From positions 1 to 39,326 of IMG/VR virus record IMGVR_UViG_3300032302_000077: DNA of 39,326 nt. One strand, given 5' to 3'. Origin of the DNA: a virus. Lineage: Duplodnaviria; Caudoviricetes. The notes below the pieces were generated by a model. The model had not been told where the DNA came from, did not search any database, and was given only the letters and a program-made list of their open reading frames with translations. A program made the position numbers and the translations under genes. Each line of letters opens with the position of its first letter. Position 1 is the stretch's first letter. Positions 7,825 through 17,496 of this stretch are shown here, one piece after another.

Positions 7825-8105
7825 ACTGCAACAGCCTTATCTACTTGATTGGGTGCTGGCAAGCTGAAAGTCTTTGCTGGAGCTTCTATTACTTGTTGTT
7901 CTTCAAACGGCAACACCATAGCTAGTTTTTGAAGTGGCGACCCACGCATAGCTACAGCGTCAATCCCATTGTCTCTTAAAAACTGCCTAGCTCCGTTAAG
8001 GTCGGCTGGCGTTGCATCGCCCATTTTAACCCGCCTTAAAAATTCATTAGCAAGCTCAACGTGAAGCTCTTCCATTACTCTTGTTACTTCGTCTTGTTTG
8101 CTCAT
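7821..8105 (-). CDS. terS: Terminase small subunit (T7 gp18-like)
   Basis: ELH...ATPADLNGARQFLRDNGI motif; upstream of terL. Confidence 0.85.
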   Translation of the reverse strand: MSKQDEVTRVMEELHVELANEFLRRVKMGDATPADLNGARQFLRDNGIDAVAMRGSPLQKLAMVLPFEEQQVIEAPAKTFSLPAPNQVDKAVAV

Positions 8106-8311
8106 AACTTATTCTTAATTAAATCCCATGCCCAATTACAAAATATCACAATAGTACCAAAAAAACCTAAAGCTTTCATGTGTTGACCTTCTAACTTTCG
8201 TAAACGTTCATCGTGCTTAGAAAAAGTAGCTTTAAACTCATCTTGGTTTACAAGTATGGTGTCAATTTTGCCTTCAAGACGGCCTATTGCTCTGTTAAGT
8301 TGTTGACTCAT
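8102..8311 (-). CDS. Holin-like membrane protein (coiled coil plus C-terminal TM)
   Basis: 69 aa, hydrophobic C-terminal segment; T7 gp17.5 position. Confidence 0.5.
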   Translation of the reverse strand: MSQQLNRAIGRLEGKIDTILVNQDEFKATFSKHDERLRKLEGQHMKALGFFGTIVIFCNWAWDLIKNKL

Positions 8312-10359
8312 TTTATTCTTTGTATGATAAGGTCTACAATAGATTCATTCCATCTATCGTATGCTGAACTTCTCCATGCTACAGGAGGAGCACTATATCC
8401 ACTATTAGACACTAAATAATCAGCTCCTCTACCAAACCCACGAACATTATTTGCAGTAGGAGCTGTATTAAGATTATCTGTATAATAATATTGAACAGGA
8501 AAAGTTACTGAATCATTACTAGGTATATTTAGAATTGTAGTAATATTAAATATTTTGTATGAAGATGAATTAAAAGCAATTCGAGCTACTGATTTAGGAA
8601 CGTAAATTCCATTGTTATAAGGATAATAACTATCTGAAATTGGTTTTAAATATAAAATTCCAGTGCTTGTATCACATTCGGCAGTTCCTATTAATTTAAT
8701 TAAATATTTTTTTGAAGTTTGACCTAAATTATTAAATACAATATTTCCAGAAGTTGTTAAAGGAGTATATGGAGTACCAGTTAAAGATATTTCTGGATTT
8801 TCATTTTCAATTATATAATTAAAAGGAATATTTGAAATAGTTTTATAAAAAAATGTTGGTTGTACATTTCCTAGTCCACCACTTCCATATTCAGGGTAGC
8901 TTCCAGCATATCTATCTTGCCATTTAAATATAGTAATTCCTCCAAATTTACCTAACAAATATGGATTTTTAATATAAATGTTATACGGATAATAACCATT
9001 TGAGTCTGGAGTGGTGTCTAACTCAAATGTTGGAATAGCTCCTTGAAATTGATTTAATGTTTGTGAATTAATTGTTATACTAGAATTTGGTTTAAAAGAA
9101 CCGCTTAACATTGGCAACAAACCAGAATTTATTGCTTCAGAAGTTAAATAACTTAAAGTTTCTTTTTTTACTACATTATTAGCATTAATAGTTGCACTAG
9201 GAGCGTCTATGAGTTCAGCCGTTGTATATACATAAGTTTTATCAAGATTAAACGAATTGATTCCCCAATTAAGTCCAGAATTATTTAATTTAGATGCTGA
9301 AATACTATTATTAGCTAAAAATGCGTCTCCGCTTAAAGTCTGATTAGCTAGTTTATCAGAAGTAATAGTACCACTTAAAATTTTATCATTTGTTACAGAC
9401 CCTGTACCAAGTTTTGTATTTGTTACAGCTCCAGTTCCTATTTTATCTTCTATTATTGCTCCATTATTTATAGCTGTAGAAGTTACAGCATTTTGGGCTA
9501 TTTTTGAAGAAGTAACAGCTCCAGTTCCTATTTTTATATTAGTAACTGAACCTTGAAAAATTTTATCTGCTGTTACAGCATTTGCATTTAATTTTGTAGA
9601 AGTTACGGCTGAAGTTCTAATTGCAGTAGAAGTTACGGCCTCTTCTCCAACTACTTTCCTTAAAAGTTCTGATGTAATTGAATCATTCGCTATTACAGGC
9701 TGGCTTCCACCGCTTAAAGTAAGGCCATCTACATAAGCCTTATTAACTGCATCTGTATTATAAGCAGGTGTGGGAACATTTCTAATAGTTCCACCTTGAA
9801 GTTGTACTTGCGGTGCAAATATTCCTTGACCTGTATCTGTAAGAGCTAAAGATGTTACACCACTTAATCCACCAGTTAAATTATCTCCAGTTTTAGCTAC
9901 TTTATTATTAAGTTCAGAAATTACTTTAAAAAGACTAATAGAATCTACAGCTTCAATAGTTTCTTCTATGCTATATGAATTTTGCAGAAGAATAGAATTT
10001 AAATCAGAAGCTTGAATTGGACTACCATTTGAAAAATAAGTTGTATTTAAAGCAGGAGTCCTTCTATATATTGTAACATTAAGTGATTGATTTGCAGAAA
10101 TTTTAGCATATTTAATTTTATTAACTCCATTTTCAAAAACAACAGAATAAGTTCCAAATGGGTAACTAGTTTCTCCGTCTACTAAATTGTTGTTCCAAGT
10201 TAATATAGGAATATAATTCCATATTAAAGGATTACTTAAACCATTTATATTAGCTGAAGATACTTTTATATGTTCTGGGTTTAAAAAATTAAAAGGAATT
10301 GTATATTCAGTTTGACCGCTTCCAGTATAATCAAGAAAAGTAACGTATGAATTAGCCAC
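8308..10359 (-). CDS. Tail fibre protein (gp17-like)
   Basis: T7-type N-terminus (YTIPFNFL..IKV, IYRRTP, F.NGS.I.ASDLN), DAVNKAYVD, 10-aa shaft repeats. Confidence 0.9.
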   Translation of the reverse strand: MANSYVTFLDYTGSGQTEYTIPFNFLNPEHIKVSSANINGLSNPLIWNYIPILTWNNNLVDGETSYPFGTYSVVFENGVNKIKYAKISANQSLNVTIYRRTPALNTTYFSNGSPIQASDLNSILLQNSYSIEETIEAVDSISLFKVISELNNKVAKTGDNLTGGLSGVTSLALTDTGQGIFAPQVQLQGGTIRNVPTPAYNTDAVNKAYVDGLTLSGGSQPVIANDSITSELLRKVVGEEAVTSTAIRTSAVTSTKLNANAVTADKIFQGSVTNIKIGTGAVTSSKIAQNAVTSTAINNGAIIEDKIGTGAVTNTKLGTGSVTNDKILSGTITSDKLANQTLSGDAFLANNSISASKLNNSGLNWGINSFNLDKTYVYTTAELIDAPSATINANNVVKKETLSYLTSEAINSGLLPMLSGSFKPNSSITINSQTLNQFQGAIPTFELDTTPDSNGYYPYNIYIKNPYLLGKFGGITIFKWQDRYAGSYPEYGSGGLGNVQPTFFYKTISNIPFNYIIENENPEISLTGTPYTPLTTSGNIVFNNLGQTSKKYLIKLIGTAECDTSTGILYLKPISDSYYPYNNGIYVPKSVARIAFNSSSYKIFNITTILNIPSNDSVTFPVQYYYTDNLNTAPTANNVRGFGRGADYLVSNSGYSAPPVAWRSSAYDRWNESIVDLIIQRIK

Positions 10360-10362
10360 AAC

Positions 10363-13300
10363 TTAAACTCCCTGTAAAGACTCAATCAAACCCTCAACAC
10401 TCCTACCAGACCTTCTTCCTTCCTTAATTTGCTCAACAACTCGTAGTTGCTGTTTAACTTTTGGAAGCTCACGTTGTAGTTGAAGTCTAGCCTGTTGGCG
10501 ATACTTATTAACTACTTTTTTAATTTCAGAAATACGAGGGGAATCATCAACAGAATAAAGCCTATCTTCTGGTAACCTCTGGTACTGGGTGCTTTTGATT
10601 AGCTTGTCTAAGCTTTGGCGTAGCGTTTTACCAGCCAGTTTAACTTGACCAGTAAGTTCCATGTAGCGGTCATAAGCAGTCTGTCCGTTTTGCATAGAAT
10701 AATCTAGTAGTTCAAGCCCGTTTAGCTTTGTGCTTGGGTTTCTAAATCCGTGCTGAAGTCTAGAAAGTTCATTCATTACTGCGTCATTCTTATCTTTAGA
10801 CACAGCAGTAGGAACAAGATAATCAACAACAGAAGGAGAGTTTCTAGTTATTTTTTCTCCAAGCATATTCCGTTTGCTCTCCACAACATTTGCTCCTGGG
10901 ATTTTAGACAGAATAGCATCCCCAATACTGCGAACTTCAGCTAGTTCTTCATTATTGAATAAAGGAGCCAATCCTCCAACAGCAGACGGAACAAGAGACC
11001 CAACTTTTGTTTGAACAAACTTTTCCATAAACCTGTCTGGTTGCGATATGGCTTCATCAAATTGCTTAAGAGATGCTAGGTATGTTTTGTTAGTTACATT
11101 TTTAGCAAAAGCGATGCCAATAGCTGTAGCAAACATTTGTAATCCGTCTTGCCTGTGGTTCTCACTTAGCTGGCTCATCTTGTCCACAAAATCAGCCGTA
11201 AGGCCAAGGAAGCTGGCAAAAGGGTCTAGCTTGGCATAGGAAATGTAAGTATCACCATTTGGGGTGGGGATGCGGAAGGAGTTAGCTTGCCAACCAGTTT
11301 GAGTAAGAAGTTTAAGTTCTTCTGGGTCTCTTGGGCCAGAACCAGTAATTGCACCAGAGCCAGCGGTCATTAACGCCCCAACAGACAACAGATTTCCCAT
11401 AATGATGCGTCCCTCTGCTGATGCCATCCTAGCTGGGTCTCCAGAAGCTAAATCGTTAATTAATTGTTTATGAAATCCTCTAATTCCAGGAATATTTGTA
11501 GTGATGCTAGGAAACAGCCTTTGTCCAACCATTTTCATTAGATTCATTGGCGTATTAACAAAAGGAAGTGCAACAAGGCGAACCAAAGGAGAAGAACTTG
11601 CAATATTACTTACTAACTGCGAAAAACCTTTTTCATAGGTCTTACCATCAGCACTCAATACGCCTTGCCTAGTAAATGTAGCCTCTTGGCTAAAATCTTT
11701 AGCTAGGCTTTCAATCCTAGAAAGTTTAGGTTGGTACTCAGAAACCATATTGTTTTCTAGGTCTGCGATGTCAAACTTGTTAAGCCCCTTAGCTTTGCCG
11801 ATACGCTGGGCTTGTTGACGGATAGCCAGTTCGCTATTTAATGCCCCCTCTTGTGTAACTAACTTTGCTAGTCCTTCTTCAACATACGAAACAATCTGAG
11901 CAGGGTCTTTAATTCCTTTTTCTAAAGCCTCGCCATGAAGGTAAGCAGAAGCAGACGCACGGACATGAAGTTGTTTAAAGCCTTCATCTACCGCTTGCAT
12001 AAATCTAGTAGGGCTGGTTAGCAATACATCAATACCATTTAGAGCTTTGGCAAGCATGGGAGCGTTGGTTTCAAGATACTTCACGCCACCCAAAACTTGT
12101 TGTTTACCTGCTTCAGCAACAGAACTCTGAGAACCAATAAAGCTTTGTCCTTCTTTAAGAGACTTTACAAACCAGTTACGGGCTTCCCCAGCTAAACGAT
12201 TGTAGTAACCAATTACTCGTAAAGAGTTTTTTGACTCGGCTAGGTCACCCCTAAACAAAGCTCCTGTTGCACGTTCCAAAGGCAAATAAAGGCTTGTAAG
12301 GCTGTTACTGGCAAACTGAATAGTGGCAAATGTGCTTACCTTGCTTAACATGGCGTTGATTGTGTAGGTAGCCAGTCTGTCTAAGCCAGTACGAGTACCA
12401 TCTACAAGCTTTGTAAATGCAACCTCGTTGTCGCCAGCCAGCTTAATTTTAATAGCCAAATCCTCAAGTCTTTTTAAACCGCCTTTTGAGTTCACAGCTC
12501 CCATCAAGGCTTGAGCATCCTTACCAATAAACTCTCTTCCAGAACCAAGAATATCCTCTACGGCTTTGGCTGTGTTGCCTTTTTGAAAAACTCTTAATGT
12601 CCTAGATGCACCAGCTCCAATTTGTTTAATATATCCAGACATCGCTTTCTGGGCTTCCAAAATCTGAAGAAAACTACGAGCAGAAGCAGGAAGTTCACCA
12701 GTTAAAGCCTTGGCTGTGCCAGCAAAACCCTTAAAATTAGGCATTTCAGCTAGGAACTCATCAACAGCGTTCTTAGAAGCTGTATGAAATAGGGTGTTTG
12801 CTACCTTGTAAGCCTCTGTAAGCACGGGCAACTGGCTGGCAAACTGGGCAGATGATCTAGCACCACCTAAAATAGTCTCAAAACCACGGGCATCTAAGGT
12901 TTCTTTGAGGTAGTTAAGACCTTTTTCAGCCCTTACTACGTCTGGGAGTACCCCGCCCTTGCGGTTCTTAAGGAATCCCTCAAAAGCTGAAGCAAAAGAA
13001 CCAAACCATTCTTCAGCATCCTTGCCAGTTTTAAGGTTCTTGATGCTTGTAATAATCTCTGGGGCTTCACGGGCAATATCTTCACCCACTAGCTCTCCAT
13101 TACCCGACAAGTAGACATTAAATAGCTTTCCTAGCTGGGCTTCACTAATAGGAGCAGAAGTAACAGGTACAGGGACAGCGTTAGCACCAAGTTCTCTGTC
13201 TGGTCTTGTACCTTTCTTCATGTTTGGTTGCATCTCGGTAGCCAAGGCAGGGACAGCCTTTGATTTAGTTAAAGCTTCCTCTTCAGCAGTACGGAGGATA

Positions 13301-14007
13301 TTAATTGACCCTTGGATAGACGGGTCTTTTTTAAGAACCTCTACAACCTCTTTGGCAGACTTACCAGCCAGCTTCATTTTGTTAGCCGTAAACAAGGCTT
13401 TAGCAGAACCCATGAATAGTTCTGTTGCACCACCAAGAAGAACCCCCTCTGAAGCCGATTTTAGTCGTGCAACAAACTCGCTGTCAGAATCGCTTTGGGC
13501 CAAGATGTCTGCAAAGGGAATTCCAGCCTCTTCAGCAATATTCGATAGCCGTTTAGTATGCTCATCAAAGAATCCAAAGTCAGTTATAGCTCCAGCGATT
13601 GTTCCTTTTAAAAATTTGTTAGAAAGAGCAGACCCCACGGCTTCTGCCATAGCCACGCCTTTAAGTGCTTTAGTGGCTGTAGCAACCTTACCCAATACTC
13701 CCACAGCAGGGAGAAAGCCTACAGCAAAGTTACCAATGCCTTCAGCCAATTCCTCGCCTCCAGTCTGGCTTTCACCAAACACATTCAAAAAATTGTCATC
13801 AATCTTGCCGAAAGAGGCTAATTGGGCTATTTCACCAATACCTTTAGCTCCACCTCGTAAAAAAGCCGTTCCAAGCCTATTTGCTGTCCCTAAAACACCT
13901 TCTTTTGCGTCTGGGGTTGGAGCCATAGGTACTTGAGTTTCTGTTGCACCCATAGGAGGTACTGGTGCATTTAAGGAAGGTAGCTCGCTTTCAGACAATA
14001 AAGCCAT
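10363..14007 (-). CDS. Internal virion (ejection) protein, gp16-like
   Basis: 1214 aa, position before the fibre; LPFVNTPMN, ITGSGP, ISYAKLDPF motifs. Confidence 0.8.
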   Translation of the reverse strand: MALLSESELPSLNAPVPPMGATETQVPMAPTPDAKEGVLGTANRLGTAFLRGGAKGIGEIAQLASFGKIDDNFLNVFGESQTGGEELAEGIGNFAVGFLPAVGVLGKVATATKALKGVAMAEAVGSALSNKFLKGTIAGAITDFGFFDEHTKRLSNIAEEAGIPFADILAQSDSDSEFVARLKSASEGVLLGGATELFMGSAKALFTANKMKLAGKSAKEVVEVLKKDPSIQGSINILRTAEEEALTKSKAVPALATEMQPNMKKGTRPDRELGANAVPVPVTSAPISEAQLGKLFNVYLSGNGELVGEDIAREAPEIITSIKNLKTGKDAEEWFGSFASAFEGFLKNRKGGVLPDVVRAEKGLNYLKETLDARGFETILGGARSSAQFASQLPVLTEAYKVANTLFHTASKNAVDEFLAEMPNFKGFAGTAKALTGELPASARSFLQILEAQKAMSGYIKQIGAGASRTLRVFQKGNTAKAVEDILGSGREFIGKDAQALMGAVNSKGGLKRLEDLAIKIKLAGDNEVAFTKLVDGTRTGLDRLATYTINAMLSKVSTFATIQFASNSLTSLYLPLERATGALFRGDLAESKNSLRVIGYYNRLAGEARNWFVKSLKEGQSFIGSQSSVAEAGKQQVLGGVKYLETNAPMLAKALNGIDVLLTSPTRFMQAVDEGFKQLHVRASASAYLHGEALEKGIKDPAQIVSYVEEGLAKLVTQEGALNSELAIRQQAQRIGKAKGLNKFDIADLENNMVSEYQPKLSRIESLAKDFSQEATFTRQGVLSADGKTYEKGFSQLVSNIASSSPLVRLVALPFVNTPMNLMKMVGQRLFPSITTNIPGIRGFHKQLINDLASGDPARMASAEGRIIMGNLLSVGALMTAGSGAITGSGPRDPEELKLLTQTGWQANSFRIPTPNGDTYISYAKLDPFASFLGLTADFVDKMSQLSENHRQDGLQMFATAIGIAFAKNVTNKTYLASLKQFDEAISQPDRFMEKFVQTKVGSLVPSAVGGLAPLFNNEELAEVRSIGDAILSKIPGANVVESKRNMLGEKITRNSPSVVDYLVPTAVSKDKNDAVMNELSRLQHGFRNPSTKLNGLELLDYSMQNGQTAYDRYMELTGQVKLAGKTLRQSLDKLIKSTQYQRLPEDRLYSVDDSPRISEIKKVVNKYRQQARLQLQRELPKVKQQLRVVEQIKEGRRSGRSVEGLIESLQGV

Positions 14008-14009
14008 AA

Positions 14010-16349
14010 TTATTTTCCTAGTAGTTCTAGCTTGAGTTTCTGGTTAGCAATAAAGTTGTTTAGGGAATCTTCGTCTTTAAGTCCATACAAGTCAATCAAA
14101 GTTTGAATATAATAGCCTTGGGCAGACCCTTCAAAAGTAGTGAATCCATTGGCATCAGTCCTTACTGCGTTCCTGTAATCTTCCCAAGCCTTAACTCTTT
14201 CAGCCGTAGACTTAAAGAATAGCGTTCCATCAGTAGACAGGGTCTTAGGGTCAAACTTAATACCATCAGACGTAACACCGCTAGAAAGCTCGGTAGACGA
14301 AAAGCCCATGCGACTTTTGATCTTGAGGTAGTCGGCATTGTACTTTTCAGTCTGTTCTGGGGTAAAGGTGTAAAATTCAGAGTGGCGGTCATCACCAAAC
14401 ATATCAGCAACCTCAACACCACCAGCATTAATAAGCTTGGAGAGTTGGGTCAAATAGTTTTGTGACTTATTCGCCATGAATTGTTTAAGCTCTCCCTGTT
14501 CCTTTAAAGCTTGTTCTGGCCTAAACTCTGGAATTTTTGTTCCTTGAGCTGTGACATCTAGCTGATTCTGTAGCTGTTCTAGGCGATTCCACCTAGACAA
14601 AAGTATCTCATTAGGATTCGGGTTTGTGTTAGGGAATACAAGAGATGAAAGTTTCCATTCGGCTACTGGATTTACTTTAGGGTCTTGAGCACCAGTTTTA
14701 ATTTCATTTTTTAAACGAGGGCTTAAGTATGCTTGTGTTTCCAAAGCTTTTTGGTTCTGCACCTTAAACAAATCGTTTTTAGTTTTCTCTGTAATTTTAG
14801 GAAGCTCTTGACGCAATAACTTATTTACTTCTGTGTTAGGCATCGCTGGGTCAAGACTCTCAATAAATGAGGCCACGTTAGAATCAAAAACAGCCCTAGA
14901 GTTAAGAACAAATACTTCTTGTTCAGATTCCGTCATAGATTCAAACATTGAATTATTTTTAAAACCATCAGACAAAATTTTATAATACGAATTAGAAGCT
15001 GGGCTGTTGATTAATTGCAAATTGTCGTTAGCTTTTGCAAAAGATTGTTTTAACTGCTGACTGGCTTGCCAAGAAATAGACACTCCTTCAGCACTATTAA
15101 GAAACTCAATCGCCTGTTCGGGATTTGTTTTAGCAAGTTCGTAAGCGTGATTAACTGCTTGCTCTTGATCTGGAGCAGAAACTTGTGCAAGTTTTTCTCT
15201 TGTTGTTTGCGTAACATTAGCAATATCAGCATTTGGATTAGTTTTCATTACTTCTGACACAATGCTAGGAACAACAGCATCATCTAATAGATTTGCCCCA
15301 GACTCGACAAACTTTTTTATATTAGAATCAATTTCTATATTAGCCTTAAAATTTTCTCTACGCTGGTTACGTTCCCAATTACGATCTTCCCTATCCAAAG
15401 ATGAATCAATAATATTTTGAAGGTCATCAACTACTGGAGTAATAATTTCACCAAAAGAAGCGGTACTTCCGTCTCTACGGGAGACAACCATAGTCGTAAC
15501 TTCATCTAAGACTTGCTGGGCTTTTGTTGGGTCATCTTTGGCAATAGACCTAATCGCATTACCCACATCCCTAGCTGTCAAAGCATTTACATTGGGAGCA
15601 TATTGAGACCTGTTATTGTAAAGTTCCATCAAACTAGTTAAAGCATTGGTTTTATCTTCTGGAGTAGTTGCTCGACTTAATGAAGAAACAATCTTGGAGG
15701 TAGCTAAAGCATCTTTTTCTTCAGTTACAGCTTGAGTAAATTTAGCCTTCTCGCTAATAACAGCATTTTTAAAGCTCTGTTCAGCTTGATTAGCTTCCGA
15801 AAGAAAACCCTGCTGTGCATAGAAGTTTTCACCTACCTGTTCCGCAAACTTCTGACGCTCTTGAGCGATAAGCTGATCTTCTGTAATCTTTGAATAAGGG
15901 CTGTTTACTTCATCCCTACGATTAAGAAGGGCTTCACGATATTCTTGCCCAGCAATTTTTCCAGTAGTCTCATAAAGACCCAAACGCATATAAGGATTGG
16001 CTCCTGGGTCAATTAAACCTTGCTCTGAAGCTTTCTTAAAGCCAAGCTTTGTTATTTGTCTAGCTTTAGCCATGTCCTCCATAGCCATTTGCTGACCCTG
16101 TTCTAAATTATCTTTATTAGATATTCTTGTATATACCGAACCTAAACTAAAAAGGTTTTCGTTGAAGAATCCTAAAGAATTAGCAATCTGTCCAAGTTGA
16201 CTTTGTTCTGGACGTATAGGTCTTACAGCTTCCGCTGGGGCTGTTGCTTTAGGAGTAGCTACTTGTACAATTGGAGCAGGAGCAGGAATGTTAGGGGCAG
16301 GTAATTGTCCTACACTTACACCCCGCCTATTGACTAATTCTACGGCCAT
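14010..16349 (-). CDS. Internal virion protein, gp15-like
   Basis: 779 aa, helical composition; synteny between gp14 and gp16. Confidence 0.7.
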   Translation of the reverse strand: MAVELVNRRGVSVGQLPAPNIPAPAPIVQVATPKATAPAEAVRPIRPEQSQLGQIANSLGFFNENLFSLGSVYTRISNKDNLEQGQQMAMEDMAKARQITKLGFKKASEQGLIDPGANPYMRLGLYETTGKIAGQEYREALLNRRDEVNSPYSKITEDQLIAQERQKFAEQVGENFYAQQGFLSEANQAEQSFKNAVISEKAKFTQAVTEEKDALATSKIVSSLSRATTPEDKTNALTSLMELYNNRSQYAPNVNALTARDVGNAIRSIAKDDPTKAQQVLDEVTTMVVSRRDGSTASFGEIITPVVDDLQNIIDSSLDREDRNWERNQRRENFKANIEIDSNIKKFVESGANLLDDAVVPSIVSEVMKTNPNADIANVTQTTREKLAQVSAPDQEQAVNHAYELAKTNPEQAIEFLNSAEGVSISWQASQQLKQSFAKANDNLQLINSPASNSYYKILSDGFKNNSMFESMTESEQEVFVLNSRAVFDSNVASFIESLDPAMPNTEVNKLLRQELPKITEKTKNDLFKVQNQKALETQAYLSPRLKNEIKTGAQDPKVNPVAEWKLSSLVFPNTNPNPNEILLSRWNRLEQLQNQLDVTAQGTKIPEFRPEQALKEQGELKQFMANKSQNYLTQLSKLINAGGVEVADMFGDDRHSEFYTFTPEQTEKYNADYLKIKSRMGFSSTELSSGVTSDGIKFDPKTLSTDGTLFFKSTAERVKAWEDYRNAVRTDANGFTTFEGSAQGYYIQTLIDLYGLKDEDSLNNFIANQKLKLELLGK

Positions 16350-16352
16350 AAA

Positions 16353-16988
16353 TTAGCTAGGAATTGCTAGTACAGACCTTGGGGTACTGCGTTCTGGCCT
16401 CATGCCACCGCCGTAATTTAAATAGTTGCCATAAGCACCCACACCCTTACCAGCTATCTCAAGACCAAGAGCAACACCGCTAGGACGAGCAATAGGCTGT
16501 GATGTAATAGGTCTGTTCATTTCAGCCATTGTAAAAGCAGAAGCTATTCTATTTTGACGAAGTTGTTCATTATAGTAAGCATCTTTATTTTGCTGTTCCC
16601 TTAATATTCCTTCTTGGTAGCCAAGCTCTTGTCTAGTAAAATCAGCCAAAAGAGCATCAACAGAAAGACCAGTAACTCCCGACTCACCAGACTGCACTAA
16701 AGCGGTTGCCTGTGCTGACCTAACTTCTTTAGAAGCCTGTCCCTGCTGTCTAGCAAGAGCCTGTTGTTCTTGAAGCTGTCTCGCTCTTACAGCGTTACTT
16801 TCAGCTTGAAATCTTTCACCTTCTAGTTGAATAAGCCGATTCTGATATTCTTGTTGTTGTCTTATTGCATCGCTCTGAGCTTGAGCTTGTTGATTAGCAA
16901 AATCACTTTGGGACTGATATTGGGCATAACTTTGGGCTATCCCAACAGCTAGACCAATACCTGCAAAAGCTAAAGCTGGACTACACAT
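16353..16988 (-). CDS. Internal virion protein, gp14-like
   Basis: MC start, hydrophobic N-terminus, Q/A-rich, ESGVTGLSVDALL motif. Confidence 0.8.
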   Translation of the reverse strand: MCSPALAFAGIGLAVGIAQSYAQYQSQSDFANQQAQAQSDAIRQQQEYQNRLIQLEGERFQAESNAVRARQLQEQQALARQQGQASKEVRSAQATALVQSGESGVTGLSVDALLADFTRQELGYQEGILREQQNKDAYYNEQLRQNRIASAFTMAEMNRPITSQPIARPSGVALGLEIAGKGVGAYGNYLNYGGGMRPERSTPRSVLAIPS

Positions 16989-17496
16989 TATTTTTTATCC
17001 TCACAAACTCGTAAAATGTTTCTCCATTTATACCAAAATTTTCCTTTTTGCTTATAATTGAAAAGCCCAACCAACGCAACCACTTAATGTGTAGGGTGTT
17101 CTTTTCGTGTATAAAGTTAAATAAAACTGGCTTTAATTCAAGCAAATAGTTAAGCCACTCTTTAGAAGCCTTTAAAAAGGTATGTTTTATTTGTAACACC
17201 TTGTCAGTACCCATCATCCACACAACTCCTACATCCTTTTGAGGGCATAAACCAAACAAACCAATAGGTTCGCCGTACACACAAATGGTATAACAAGGGT
17301 TACTTAGCCAAACACTAGTCATTAAGGCAATATTTGGTTTGGCTGAGGAGTTAGCTTTAAGTTCTCGAAGGTCTGCTTTGCGAAGTCTAGGGGCTATATA
17401 CTTTACGTCTGGCATTAAAGTCTTTCTAACAACGATCCCATTAGAATAACTAGCCAATACGTTTTGATCTTGCACTATACAGAGCCTCCCACTCAA
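16981..17496 (-). CDS. gp13-like protein (GNAT acetyltransferase-like); true start probably near 17457
   Basis: LRKADLREL, VVWMMGT, NFIHEKNTLHIKWLRWLGF motifs; synteny. Confidence 0.85.
   Translation of the reverse strand: MSGRLCIVQDQNVLASYSNGIVVRKTLMPDVKYIAPRLRKADLRELKANSSAKPNIALMTSVWLSNPCYTICVYGEPIGLFGLCPQKDVGVVWMMGTDKVLQIKHTFLKASKEWLNYLLELKPVLFNFIHEKNTLHIKWLRWLGFSIISKKENFGINGETFYEFVRIKNNV

Noticed and set aside
8308-9000. Diversity-generating retroelement target in the fibre tip
   Set aside because: No reverse transcriptase and no template/variable repeat pair seen
13220-13936. 238-aa plus-strand ORF and other long antisense ORFs (e.g. 30056-30625, 31613-32131)
   Set aside because: Shadow frames of well-supported minus-strand genes with no motifs or start signals
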